Origin: a virus
Lineage: Duplodnaviria; Caudoviricetes
Length of the DNA stretch: 58,761 bases
Strand: one strand, 5' to 3'
Virus record (IMG/VR): IMGVR_UViG_3300049193_000020
Coordinates: 1 to 58,761 of that record
Shown here: piece after piece, positions 47,015 to 56,071 of the stretch
Numbering within the stretch: position 1 is the stretch's first letter
How the letters are laid out: each line of letters begins with the position of its first letter
Translations under genes and position numbers: made by a program
Notes under the pieces: generated by a model
Seen by the model: only the letters and a program-made list of their open reading frames with translations
Database searches by the model: none
Told to the model about the DNA's origin: nothing

Positions 47015-47921
47015 AAAAGGTTAAATCATCAGGGAAGCGTGCTGTACAGTATTCGTAACTATCCGGATTAATAATAATTATCTTACTAATACCAGATTCT
47101 TTTATTGTATCAATTCCATGCGTCAAAAACGCATGATACACCATTAAATAAATTGGTATATCCTTAGCATATTTCTCGCGCAGTAATTTAGCTGCCTCAA
47201 TAAAAGTTCGCCCACCATCGCAAATATCATCACAGATTAAAAATGGCTGTATTCCAATGTCCTCAGGGTGTACACAATTCTCGCATACTGTTGCTATTGT
47301 TGATTTTATACCGCTTTCAGTTCGCTGTTTATCTAGTATTATATAACTTGATGATTCATTACCCCAAAAATGCTTAAAAGCATTTTTATCCGGATAAACA
47401 TATTTATAGCGCCACCCAAATTGTTCGCCACGTAGGCTTACTTTAATACTCTTAATCTGATACTTATTATTAAAGCTATGCGCACCATGAGTTTCAATTA
47501 TTGCATGCTGTAATAATACCTGTAACAACACCTCAGATGGTATACCTAACCCCGCCTCAAACACTCGATCTTGACGTAAATATGGCAGATAGTTAGCCCT
47601 AAGTATAATTTGCTTGCTGTTGCCATATACGCGCTTTATAGCATCTATTTTTAATAGTTGGAGCATCAGGTCTTTTTCTTTAAACCAGTTCCAGCATATA
47701 ACGGCTACTGCATCAGTAATACGCTCTACTAGCTTAACTTCATATTCACCTGAATTGAATTGTTTAATTTCAAACATGCTCTTATCCTCTCTATCAAATT
47801 TATTTCTATTCATGCGCTTGAGAATATCATTAATATCAGCATTTATCTTTTGCATGTGCTTAATGTAGATTATTCTGGGGTCGTTTATATCAAGCATTGT
47901 AATTTTCCAAACAATCAACAA
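47001..47921 (-). CDS. ribose-phosphate pyrophosphokinase-like protein (probable NARP1 Adps); core starts at ATG 47777
   Basis: FNSGE, YLPYLRQDR, HS, PDKNA, ICDDICDGGRTF PRT motif. Confidence 0.88.
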   Translation of the reverse strand: MLIVWKITMLDINDPRIIYIKHMQKINADINDILKRMNRNKFDREDKSMFEIKQFNSGEYEVKLVERITDAVAVICWNWFKEKDLMLQLLKIDAIKRVYGNSKQIILRANYLPYLRQDRVFEAGLGIPSEVLLQVLLQHAIIETHGAHSFNNKYQIKSIKVSLRGEQFGWRYKYVYPDKNAFKHFWGNESSSYIILDKQRTESGIKSTIATVCENCVHPEDIGIQPFLICDDICDGGRTFIEAAKLLREKYAKDIPIYLMVYHAFLTHGIDTIKESGISKIIIINPDSYEYCTARFPDDLTFFERY

Positions 47922-48282
47922 TTAAATACACTGTCTTTTTATCTACCATAACACCAACAATAACAAGATCGCTGGTATGTCCTGGCTCAGCAATGTAAAT
48001 ATCAGTTGTGGCATGCATAGTAAACTCTCCGCCTGTCCAACCATCAAAAGTCTTCCCTACTATAGAGATACACTCACCTAAGAAGCGATGGGTAGTGTTG
48101 CTTTCTACGCTGCCTAATGCTAATTGTGCATAGTTCCCACGATAACTATCAAAAGAACCTGGAGCTTGCAATTGATCTGTTCCCTCAAATGCCGCTAATT
48201 TATAATCATCTCTTAACTTAAAAGCTATCGGATAATCTGGCATAACTCGCAGCGTGTTAATTAATTGACTTAAATTAAACAT
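47890..48282 (-). CDS. conserved-looking phage hypothetical protein
   Basis: PGSFDSYRGNYAQLA..GKTFDGWTGGEF. Confidence 0.65.
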   Translation of the reverse strand: MFNLSQLINTLRVMPDYPIAFKLRDDYKLAAFEGTDQLQAPGSFDSYRGNYAQLALGSVESNTTHRFLGECISIVGKTFDGWTGGEFTMHATTDIYIAEPGHTSDLVIVGVMVDKKTVYLIVDCLENYNA

Positions 48283-48979
48283 TTAATCTATTTCCCGTCC
48301 AAACAAAAATCCGATCGTCATCTGGGTTGCTTGCCCTACTGCATATAAATGATGGTTTATATGCAGTGTGTCGCCGCTTCATAATCTTTTTATCACCATG
48401 TACGCTTAAGTTTCCTATTAGAATGTAATAGTCCACCATATCTAATAACTGCTCCTCATTTACTCCGTGCACTGAACCTCCCTGTGGTGGCGGTGTTTCG
48501 TCAGGAGCTATATATTCAGTAACCCAGCTTGCAATAACTACCTGCGGCTTATACTTATTAATAGCTTCTAGCGCTTCCAGCTCTTCTACGTCATCAGGAT
48601 ATTGGATTACGGGCTGCTTAAGCATCTTATAGAACAATGCAATTTCTGGTCTGCTCTGTAGCTTTGAGTCAGTACAAGGTATATTTAAATGATAGCCTAA
48701 GTCGCCATGTCCTGCGCCAATTTCAATAGCTGTTTTATCGGCTATAAATATTTTCAGAAAATCAATTAATTCTCTTGTAGGTAATCCATATCTGGCATTC
48801 AAATGACACCATGTGAGCAATAATATACGATTATAATCATGATAATCTTTAGCTGATAATAGCTTTAGTTTACCATTGCTCTCTAAAAGAGGTAAATTAC
48901 AATCTTGTTCATTTGATAGTTGTATAGCTTCAATATTCACGTTTCCCAGTTCCTTTACAAAAATGACAGGGCTTATCAT
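48275..48979 (-). CDS. class I SAM-dependent methyltransferase-fold protein
   Basis: AIEIGAGHGDLG motif I; VVIASW. Confidence 0.6.
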   Translation of the reverse strand: MISPVIFVKELGNVNIEAIQLSNEQDCNLPLLESNGKLKLLSAKDYHDYNRILLLTWCHLNARYGLPTRELIDFLKIFIADKTAIEIGAGHGDLGYHLNIPCTDSKLQSRPEIALFYKMLKQPVIQYPDDVEELEALEAINKYKPQVVIASWVTEYIAPDETPPPQGGSVHGVNEEQLLDMVDYYILIGNLSVHGDKKIMKRRHTAYKPSFICSRASNPDDDRIFVWTGNRLNV

Positions 48980-49100
48980 TATATCCCAAGAGTGAGCCTA
49001 ATAATGCTAATAGTCCAACCACTGGTAACAATATTATAGGTAATAAAATTATAATAATACCGCATTTAATTAAAAAAATTACCAATGATTCAAACAGCAT
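48930..49100 (-). CDS. small membrane protein with CxxCxGxG (56 aa, not in ORF track)
   Basis: MLFESLVIFLIKCGIIIILLPIILLPVVGLLALLGSLLGYNDKPCHFCKGTGKREY*. Confidence 0.45.
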   Translation of the reverse strand: MLFESLVIFLIKCGIIIILLPIILLPVVGLLALLGSLLGYNDKPCHFCKGTGKREY

Positions 49101-49115
49101 AAATGTTTACTCTTT

Positions 49116-49424
49116 CTAATCTAAATCATAAATAATTTGTATCGCAAGTGGCATTTTTAAATAAAATATCCCTCTATTTCTTTTGTTTATCCATTTTGGC
49201 AGATGTAATCTATTATTACCCCACTCATAGTTTAATTTACAATTCCACATACAAATTGAAATATCTCCATAAGTATTAAGAGGTAATCCCCAATAGCTAT
49301 AAATAAGATCTGTTAAGTGTTTTGTAAGCTGCCTATTCCTAAACCAATTGACAAACGGTTTAGTTATGAATCTATATAATTTAGTTAAAATATTCATTGT
49401 TACACTCATCCTCACATAAACCAA
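49116..49424 (-). CDS. hypothetical protein
   Basis: ORF with GAGG SD before MNILTK. Confidence 0.55.
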   Translation of the reverse strand: MVYVRMSVTMNILTKLYRFITKPFVNWFRNRQLTKHLTDLIYSYWGLPLNTYGDISICMWNCKLNYEWGNNRLHLPKWINKRNRGIFYLKMPLAIQIIYDLD

Positions 49425-49573
49425 CTAGCCAAGCCCAATATACCCGATAAGACGCTTGCTATAGCTATTAATATCAACATCTCTATTACTCTAGCTTTGA
49501 TGAATTGTTTAATCATGATGACTCCCCTTAACTTCTATCATCTGCTTCATAGCGCTTCCATTCCTTTAATTTA

Positions 49574-49786
49574 TTATTTGCGTCTATAAAAAAACATTCT
49601 TAAAATACAAACTAAGAGAAATGCTGCTAAATATTGTGAGAATGTAAGATATATCTTATGTGCGGGTACTATATAGTTCCATAAACATAAGGCAGCATAC
49701 AGTAAAGCAATGCTTATTAATCCAGATAAAATAAAAATACCGATAGTTATCGAAGCAATTAAAGTGACCCGTAGAATCGTTTTCAT
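49574..49786 (-). CDS. small membrane protein
   Basis: Two TM segments, AAGGAG SD. Confidence 0.65.
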   Translation of the reverse strand: MKTILRVTLIASITIGIFILSGLISIALLYAALCLWNYIVPAHKIYLTFSQYLAAFLLVCILRMFFYRRK

Positions 49787-49798
49787 AGTATGTACTCC

Positions 49799-49975
49799 TT
49801 ATTGTTGAACACAAATAAATTTAACCGTTTTGAAACTTAGAGAGGCTAAATCATCAGCCTGCTTACCAGCAGCTACACAACCCGCTTGACTTTTGAAGCC
49901 AGGCACATTTGTAAGAGCTACACTATCACCCTTAGCTAAAGCATTAGCATATATGTACAGAATTAAGACCCACAT
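49799..49975 (-). CDS. small exported/membrane-anchored protein (58 aa, not in ORF track)
   Basis: GAGGAG SD; MWVLILYIYA...GFKSQAGCVAAG...FICVQQ*, two Cys. Confidence 0.55.
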   Translation of the reverse strand: MWVLILYIYANALAKGDSVALTNVPGFKSQAGCVAAGKQADDLASLSFKTVKFICVQQ

Positions 49976-49976
49976 A

Positions 49977-50378
49977 TTATTTACTCCTCTGAATTATTAT
50001 AATATAGCTGCTTCGTAGCTTATGAATAGTTGCTTGCAATGTTTTACAATGTGCAAAGTGTAAATGTAAATTGATCTCATCCATTAATTTTTCATATAAA
50101 ACATGTATTCTATTCAGATCATGGGTTTCTATTTCAATGCCTGTTAAGTTAGGTTTAGCATTATAGTAACTGGATTGACCAAACCAAGCTAGTTTTACCT
50201 TACGTTTATTGTGTTTTTCAACAAACTTCATATAGCCTACTTTGTCCTCTATATAATATTTATCTATTCCCATTCTTAATAATTTATTTCTCTCTACAAA
50301 CCCATTAACTTTCCTGCTTAGATAGTATAAAGTTTTATTTTGATCTGGTCTTCCGCATATTTCATAACTTATCCGCAT
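49977..50378 (-). CDS. hypothetical protein
   Basis: 133-aa ORF in operon. Confidence 0.6.
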   Translation of the reverse strand: MRISYEICGRPDQNKTLYYLSRKVNGFVERNKLLRMGIDKYYIEDKVGYMKFVEKHNKRKVKLAWFGQSSYYNAKPNLTGIEIETHDLNRIHVLYEKLMDEINLHLHFAHCKTLQATIHKLRSSYIIIIQRSK

Positions 50379-50683
50379 AAAGGATGAATACCTAAGCTAT
50401 ATAAAAGACTTATAAAATCCTTTGGTAAATCCACAATACCTATTTCATTACAAAGAAAATCATGAATCCATGTTACAGGAATTATACGGACGTTGGTTTT
50501 AGTATAAATAACAAATCCAAAAGAAGCTACTATATCAAATTTAATGCAAGTTACATCATGTTTATTACTTTGCTTTGTTAATGCCACTATATCCATATTG
50601 ACTAATCGAAAACCATTTTTGCATAGTATATCAAAAGTTGCTCCAACTAACTCATATATACCTCTTAATTTTTCTAATGTCAT
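50369..50683 (-). CDS. hypothetical protein
   Basis: 104-aa ORF. Confidence 0.55.
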   Translation of the reverse strand: MTLEKLRGIYELVGATFDILCKNGFRLVNMDIVALTKQSNKHDVTCIKFDIVASFGFVIYTKTNVRIIPVTWIHDFLCNEIGIVDLPKDFISLLYSLGIHPLCG

Positions 50684-50846
50684 GCTAATACCCCATAAAA
50701 ATGTTTAATAATTACACGTTTAATCGCACCTAAACAGCGCCTAACAAGCCCAATACGCTTCGGTTGAGCTTTTCTCTCATCTGCTGCTTTGATTGCAAGA
50801 CAGAGCAGCGTAGAATCTATTACGTGGATGTGTTTATTTTGCATTT

Positions 50847-52019
50847 TTAACCCTTTACACAAATAACTTGTTTTAGCGTATAAACTATATCAACTAAGTC
50901 AGCTTGATTATTCATAACCTCGTCAATATCTTTATAAGCACTTGGTATTTCATCGACTACATCATTATCTTTGCGACATTCTATACCCGCAGTTTGCTTA
51001 GCTAAGTCATCGGATGTAAACATTGCCTTTGCTTTAGTACGCGACATCTTACGCCCTGCTCCGTGTGAGCAGCTATAGAATGATTCAGCATTGCCCTTTC
51101 CACGCACGATAAACGACTTTGCGCCCATAGAGCCAGGAATAATGCCTAACTCGCCCTCTCGTGCTGATACAGCCCCTTTACGCGTTACAAATACATTACT
51201 GCCAAAGTGATGCTCCATTTGACAGTAGTTATGATGGCAGTCGACACGTAAGCCATTAAAGCGCGTTGTGTCAAAATCTTTATGCAATATATATGCTAAT
51301 TGCCGCAAAATCAATTTAAGCATATGTTCACGGTTAGCTTTTGCATAACGCTGTGCCCATAACATATCATGTATATAGTTATCAAATTCAGATGTGTTTT
51401 GTACTAAATAAGCTAAATCAGGGTCTGGTAAATCTATAAAATATTGCTTCATTAATCCCTTAGCCTTGTTTATATGTATATCAGCTATTTGTTTACCTAT
51501 TCCACGACTGCCAGAGTGTAGCATTAGCCATGCCTCATTATTCTGGTCGTAACATATTTCTATAAAATGGTTACCACCACCTAGCGTGCCTAATTGATGT
51601 GTGGCTCTTTGCAACTCTTTTGAATTTCTACTAAAGCAGATAGGGTTGTTTAAGTTAAAGAATGCTTCGTCTGCGGCTGTAGAGACATTATTATGTACAG
51701 CAAAGCCTACAGGCACGCTGCGCTCTATTTCATGGCGTAAAATACTTAATTTGTCAGCGATAACATCTATATTAAAACCCAGTTTGATAGCCAGCATGCC
51801 GCACCCTAAGTCAACTCCCACAGCCGCAGGCAATATAGCTCCTTTAGTAGCTATAACAGTGCCGATAGTGCTCCCCTTACCTGCATGCACATCTGGCATT
51901 ACTGCTATATGCTTATGAATAAATGGCAGTTGAGCTATATTTTTTACTTGTGCTAATGCTTCCGCCTCAATATCATTAGTCCAGATTTTGATCGGCTTCT
52001 TTTCATTTATTATCTGCAT
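50847..52019 (-). CDS. rtcB: RtcB RNA 2',3'-cyclic-phosphate/5'-OH ligase
   Basis: MPDVHAGKG, VGVDLGCG, GTLGGGNHF, HSGSRG, HHNY, RKGA, IPGSMG, SHGAGR, DEIPSAYK. Confidence 0.95.
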   Translation of the reverse strand: MQIINEKKPIKIWTNDIEAEALAQVKNIAQLPFIHKHIAVMPDVHAGKGSTIGTVIATKGAILPAAVGVDLGCGMLAIKLGFNIDVIADKLSILRHEIERSVPVGFAVHNNVSTAADEAFFNLNNPICFSRNSKELQRATHQLGTLGGGNHFIEICYDQNNEAWLMLHSGSRGIGKQIADIHINKAKGLMKQYFIDLPDPDLAYLVQNTSEFDNYIHDMLWAQRYAKANREHMLKLILRQLAYILHKDFDTTRFNGLRVDCHHNYCQMEHHFGSNVFVTRKGAVSAREGELGIIPGSMGAKSFIVRGKGNAESFYSCSHGAGRKMSRTKAKAMFTSDDLAKQTAGIECRKDNDVVDEIPSAYKDIDEVMNNQADLVDIVYTLKQVICVKG

Positions 52020-52275
52020 TGGTTATTTCTTCCCATAACTTATCTATGTTTACTTGCTCATCTTTCTTAGCTACATGTGTTAGCATTCCACTTTGTACCG
52101 TAACTATATCTGATACATTGGCAATATAGACCTTAGGTTTTTTATAACCACTATCTTTCCAGAGTAATAAATTATCTTTTAAATTATCTACATCCATGTA
52201 GACATGATCTGGGGCATGTTCAGCAAAAAATACTGTTTCAGGATTATAATCTATTACTTCTTCAATCGTCTTCAT
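52003..52275 (-). CDS. hypothetical protein, paralogue of 55229-55657
   Basis: Shares TIEEVI..NPETVF, VYIA and EQVNIDKLW segments. Confidence 0.6.
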   Translation of the reverse strand: MKTIEEVIDYNPETVFFAEHAPDHVYMDVDNLKDNLLLWKDSGYKKPKVYIANVSDIVTVQSGMLTHVAKKDEQVNIDKLWEEITNADNK

Positions 52276-52525
52276 CAGCTACCCCCTTAATTAATCTATC
52301 AATCTCATCGTTTAGCTTCTGGCGCATAGCTTCAAGTGCTTGCACTTTAGTTAAATTCGCATCGGCAGCAAAGCCTACTATAGCAATAGGTTGATCTATT
52401 ATTGTTAAGTTTGCTGCTGACACTCCGTCTTCATATTGAATAAATTTAAAAACTAATTCACAACAATGTGCATCTTTTATATTATCCATTCTTAGTCTCA
52501 CTTTGTTTAATAAATTCATCTGCAA
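52262..52525 (-). CDS. hypothetical protein
   Basis: 87-aa coupled ORF. Confidence 0.55.
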   Translation of the reverse strand: MQMNLLNKVRLRMDNIKDAHCCELVFKFIQYEDGVSAANLTIIDQPIAIVGFAADANLTKVQALEAMRQKLNDEIDRLIKGVADEDD

Positions 52526-52644
52526 AAATAAACGCTAATTTAACCTTATCTTCTAGTGATGCTGTGGCTACTGCTATAATTATAGCTGGCAACACAGCTA
52601 AAGCTATCTCGTCCCTAAGTGTTTTATTCATAATATAATCCCTA

Positions 52645-52875
52645 TTATTTACCACAACATGAACATTTTATCCAACGATAAATACCTAAGCCTTTTTTAA
52701 GTCCTTTTATTGAAAGAAAAAACGGTCTAGGATTTCTTGGATTACAAAAAAACTTGAGCCCTATATCCATACTTTGACACAAAAAGGTTTTACATATATA
52801 TTCCTCAAACTTCTCATATGAATTAAATACTTGAGTGTCCTCATTGTGCAAACGAAGCTGTATGATTTCAGCCAT
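52645..52875 (-). CDS. hypothetical protein
   Basis: GAGGTG SD, 76 aa. Confidence 0.6.
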   Translation of the reverse strand: MAEIIQLRLHNEDTQVFNSYEKFEEYICKTFLCQSMDIGLKFFCNPRNPRPFFLSIKGLKKGLGIYRWIKCSCCGK

Positions 52876-53004
52876 AATATCACCTCAAAAAAAGCGTAAG
52901 CCCTTGCAAAGTCTGGAGCGTAAAGCAAGGGCACGCTTACCCCACATACGAACGCCACTACCAAGCGTACGTATTCTCACCGTCAGGAGAGCGGGGTAAT
53001 GTTG
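52876..53004 (-). ncRNA. putative structured leader RNA with terminator-like 3' hairpin
   Basis: Three-way junction closed by TTACCCC/GGGGTAA, then GCGT-GCCCTTGC/GCAAGGGC-ACGC and T7. Confidence 0.5.
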
Positions 53005-53232
53005 TTAAACTATAATAAAATCTAAATAACCACACTTCTCGCACTTTACTTGCCGCTGAGATGGGTTGCTCATGCGTAATATGTTATCTGTAAAAAGTAA
53101 TTCTTGCTCACCTACACAAATAGGGCATTGAACATGTGTATGCTCTCTTTTGTTATAAAACTCCATAACTTCGCTGTTATGCTCCTCAATTGATCTTAAT
53201 TTAGTCATTATTATTATCCTCATTATCCTCAT
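53005..53232 (-). CDS. zinc-ribbon protein
   Basis: CPIC...CEKCG. Confidence 0.6.
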   Translation of the reverse strand: MRIMRIIIMTKLRSIEEHNSEVMEFYNKREHTHVQCPICVGEQELLFTDNILRMSNPSQRQVKCEKCGYLDFIIV

Positions 53233-53348
53233 TAGAGCTATTTACTAACAGTTTCCGAAAATTATCCCTAAACACCTTTTCAAACTCAGGGGTAGTATCT
53301 TGCTGAGAGCTTATAAGTTTTTCTGCAAATTCTTTTAGAATTTCTGTG

Positions 53349-53588
53349 TTAGTCATGATTATTATCCAATATGCCTTGACCGTTGCACATACTACATCTA
53401 TATTGCTCCATATCTCCCCATGTAGTTCCAAATGGCGTGCACTTTTTATATCCTCGTCCACGACAATAATTACATTCTTTAGGTTCAATCTTAAAGTTTT
53501 TACCTGTCCAGAGTTCATTTGGCATTCTGTCTAGTTCACGCTTCTTCATTTCTAACCATTTATTAAAATTTTCTTCGTTAGTCATCAC
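53349..53588 (-). CDS. DnaJ-type zinc-finger protein
   Basis: CNYCRGRG and CSMCNGQG. Confidence 0.65.
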   Translation of the reverse strand: MMTNEENFNKWLEMKKRELDRMPNELWTGKNFKIEPKECNYCRGRGYKKCTPFGTTWGDMEQYRCSMCNGQGILDNNHD

Positions 53589-53982
53589 TAGCCTCCTGAA
53601 ACTCCCAGATGTCGGGGTCTGCGGGTATGCATATTATATTACCCTCTTGGTCTATTATTTTATAAATATTTTCATAAGTATATTGTATATTATTCCAACC
53701 AGTATCTAATTGGAAGTCACCATTTTTATCTGAAGAGGTATAAAACATATCCCCTTTTTTGCAAGAAAATCCAGGTATTTTATAATCAGCTTTAGCTACT
53801 AATTTGCTTGGTTTTTGTGCAGAAAGTAGAATAGTAAGACTAATATCAATTACAATTGGTTTTTTGCAATTTTCACATAATACTATTATTTCAATTTGAT
53901 CAAAATCAGCATTATCAAAATCCATATCAGTAGTATCTACATCTTGCTCATATTCACAATGAGGGCATCTAATATTATTCAT
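53578..53982 (-). CDS. zinc-ribbon-containing hypothetical protein
   Basis: CPHC...CENC; GAGGTG SD. Confidence 0.65.
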   Translation of the reverse strand: MNNIRCPHCEYEQDVDTTDMDFDNADFDQIEIIVLCENCKKPIVIDISLTILLSAQKPSKLVAKADYKIPGFSCKKGDMFYTSSDKNGDFQLDTGWNNIQYTYENIYKIIDQEGNIICIPADPDIWEFQEASDD

Positions 53983-54308
53983 TTATTCACCTCTAACTTT
54001 AAAAACTTAATTAATCCATTAATGCCACGTCCTCGTTTACCAGTAGTCTTGTCAATCCACGTACCAGTTATTGCCCAGTAGTCAACACTTTTAATACGCC
54101 AATGCTCAGAGTAAATATCTTTATGAATAAAAGTAACATTAAAACCATTATCCTTAAATATTTGCAACAATTCCGAACGAGTTTTATCGTAGAAAGTAGC
54201 ACGGCGTTGAGCTTTGTGAGCTTGCTTATACTCTCGCCACTCTCTGAATAAGTCGCCTAATTCACTCATCAGCTTTACCTTTCCAAAATGCTTTATATAA
54301 GTTACCAT
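53979..54308 (-). CDS. conserved-looking phage hypothetical protein (start probably MSELGD)
   Basis: MSELGDLFR...VDYWAITGTW...GRGINGL. Confidence 0.6.
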   Translation of the reverse strand: MVTYIKHFGKVKLMSELGDLFREWREYKQAHKAQRRATFYDKTRSELLQIFKDNGFNVTFIHKDIYSEHWRIKSVDYWAITGTWIDKTTGKRGRGINGLIKFLKLEVNK

Positions 54309-54678
54309 CAGTATCTATTATGCCAAAGTCGGTTTCTTTTGTTAGTTTTTGAGCTGGAGCATATGATATATAACCTGTAAAAGTCTTTAAATATGTGCTA
54401 AGATCATAAAAATTATCATCAATCTTAACTATATTAACCTGATCTGCGGCTATTCTATTAATCTCTACTCCATGCCCACCATCATCAACGATAGACCAGT
54501 GCTGGCGGAATGGTTCTTTCGCAGGTTCTGGCTGGGGTTCTTCTATGTATAAACTATTTTTAATTGTAGGGGCTAAATGTATATGTATATCGCCAATTAT
54601 TATTGACGTCTCATCAAATTTAGCCTTAACCCAAACCTCATCACTTATGTTTAAATCTTTTATGTCAACTTTCTTCAT
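54262..54678 (-). CDS. hypothetical protein
   Basis: 138-aa ORF, GAGGA SD. Confidence 0.6.
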   Translation of the reverse strand: MKKVDIKDLNISDEVWVKAKFDETSIIIGDIHIHLAPTIKNSLYIEEPQPEPAKEPFRQHWSIVDDGGHGVEINRIAADQVNIVKIDDNFYDLSTYLKTFTGYISYAPAQKLTKETDFGIIDTDGNLYKAFWKGKADE

Positions 54679-54860
54679 TATTTACTTCCTCAATAGTATA
54701 AAATTTAGTATTTGGACTAATACCCACCATACCAAATGGATTTTTGTCAGGTTTAAACTTAAATCTACATTCACATAATATTTTTTTACATAAATATTGT
54801 GATAATTCATTCATCGGTATCTCTTTTAACTCTACTAACATTACTTAACTCCTAAAAAAT

Positions 54861-54934
54861 TGGCAGGGGATGCAAGAATCGAACTTGCGCTACCTGAATC
54901 AAAGTCAGATGTACTACCGTTATACTAATCCCCA
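54861..54934 (-). tRNA. trnQ: tRNA-Gln (TTG)
   Basis: TGGGGATTAGTATAACGGTAGTACATCTGACTTTGATTCAGGTAGCGCAAGTTCGATTCTTGCATCCCCTGCCA: cloverleaf, GTTCGA T-loop, encoded CCA. Confidence 0.92.
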
Positions 54935-54939
54935 ATTGT

Positions 54940-55236
54940 TCATCGTTCCTCAAAAATAAAGCCTATTACACTACTTTTACCCAATTCAGTTAGTGGTGTA
55001 TCTTTGATAGTAACTATAAATAACTCTTGCTTGCATCTTTTATCATATCCATAATAAGTTATATTTATCTTTTTATATAAGCCGCCTGGAATAAATCTCT
55101 GACCTAAACGACAAGGCATGTTTATAATAAGATCACTATTCATTATATAATCAAAAAACTCCTTCAAACTATCAAACTCTTTCGCAGTAGCTAAACTATC
55201 CTCAAGACTACCACGTTGCCAGCGGAATTTAATCAT
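54940..55236 (-). CDS. hypothetical protein
   Basis: FRWQRGSLEDSL..YYGYDKR..VIGF. Confidence 0.65.
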   Translation of the reverse strand: MIKFRWQRGSLEDSLATAKEFDSLKEFFDYIMNSDLIINMPCRLGQRFIPGGLYKKINITYYGYDKRCKQELFIVTIKDTPLTELGKSSVIGFIFEER

Positions 55237-55657
55237 TAGACTGCTCCATTTCTACTTTAATTTTATTCCACAGGTTGCTTACGTCTACTTGTTCGCCGTG
55301 CTCATATAATTGCATATGCTTACTAATGCCATCATTTAATGCAGCAACAATAGACGAAATTTGTTCAGGTAATAAAGATTCCATAACATTCGCTGGATCA
55401 TCCTCATATTCACTATCACGATAATAATCTGCTAATATATCATAAAGCCTATCGTAAACATCCTCTTGTCTAATAACGCTGGGTTTCGCTAAATATACAG
55501 TTGATGGCAGACATGGTAGTTGATCAGTTTCTGTATCATCTAATGATAACTCTAAATCTTCATCTAAATCACTAGAGACCATTTCATTACCCTCAATTAT
55601 AAAAACCGCATCTGGATTTTCTTTGATTATTTCTTCGTATGTTCTTAGTTTAGTCAT
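55229..55657 (-). CDS. acidic hypothetical protein
   Basis: 142 aa, D/E-rich. Confidence 0.7.
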   Translation of the reverse strand: MTKLRTYEEIIKENPDAVFIIEGNEMVSSDLDEDLELSLDDTETDQLPCLPSTVYLAKPSVIRQEDVYDRLYDILADYYRDSEYEDDPANVMESLLPEQISSIVAALNDGISKHMQLYEHGEQVDVSNLWNKIKVEMEQSND

Positions 55658-56071
55658 TTACTCACCCTTTCCAATCTGCGTTACAACTCTATATGATGTC
55701 TCTCTTAACTTTTTTAAAAACGCAAAATCATCCAGAGTTATTGGTATGCATGTGCCATACCGTATCGCAACTAACCTAGGATGTACTATTAGAAAAGTCA
55801 AGTAATAATAATCTTGATTATCTTGATTTTCAGGTCTAAGATTATGCTCCTCGCATTCTTCAATAGTTAAATAACTTCCATGTACTCCGCTGGTTGAAAA
55901 TAAAACAAAATTTAAATGATCAGCTTCGCCATTTAAAAACATATCTCTAAGCCCTTGCATCCCTAAATTACTATCTTTAATTTCAGCAATTGAGTAATGT
56001 GCTGAACTGCTTACACTGGATTTTATAGCTCTCCAATTTGATTGTTCCATTTCTTGTAATTCATTTTCCAT
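55658..56071 (-). CDS. conserved-looking phage hypothetical protein (start ATG 56071)
   Basis: GAGGT SD before MENELQ; NFVLFSTSGVHGSY motif. Confidence 0.65.
   Translation of the reverse strand: MENELQEMEQSNWRAIKSSVSSSAHYSIAEIKDSNLGMQGLRDMFLNGEADHLNFVLFSTSGVHGSYLTIEECEEHNLRPENQDNQDYYYLTFLIVHPRLVAIRYGTCIPITLDDFAFLKKLRETSYRVVTQIGKGE

Noticed and set aside
54861-54934. tRNA as attachment site or prophage boundary
   Set aside because: No duplicated tRNA 3' end and no integrase seen; phage-like genes continue on both sides
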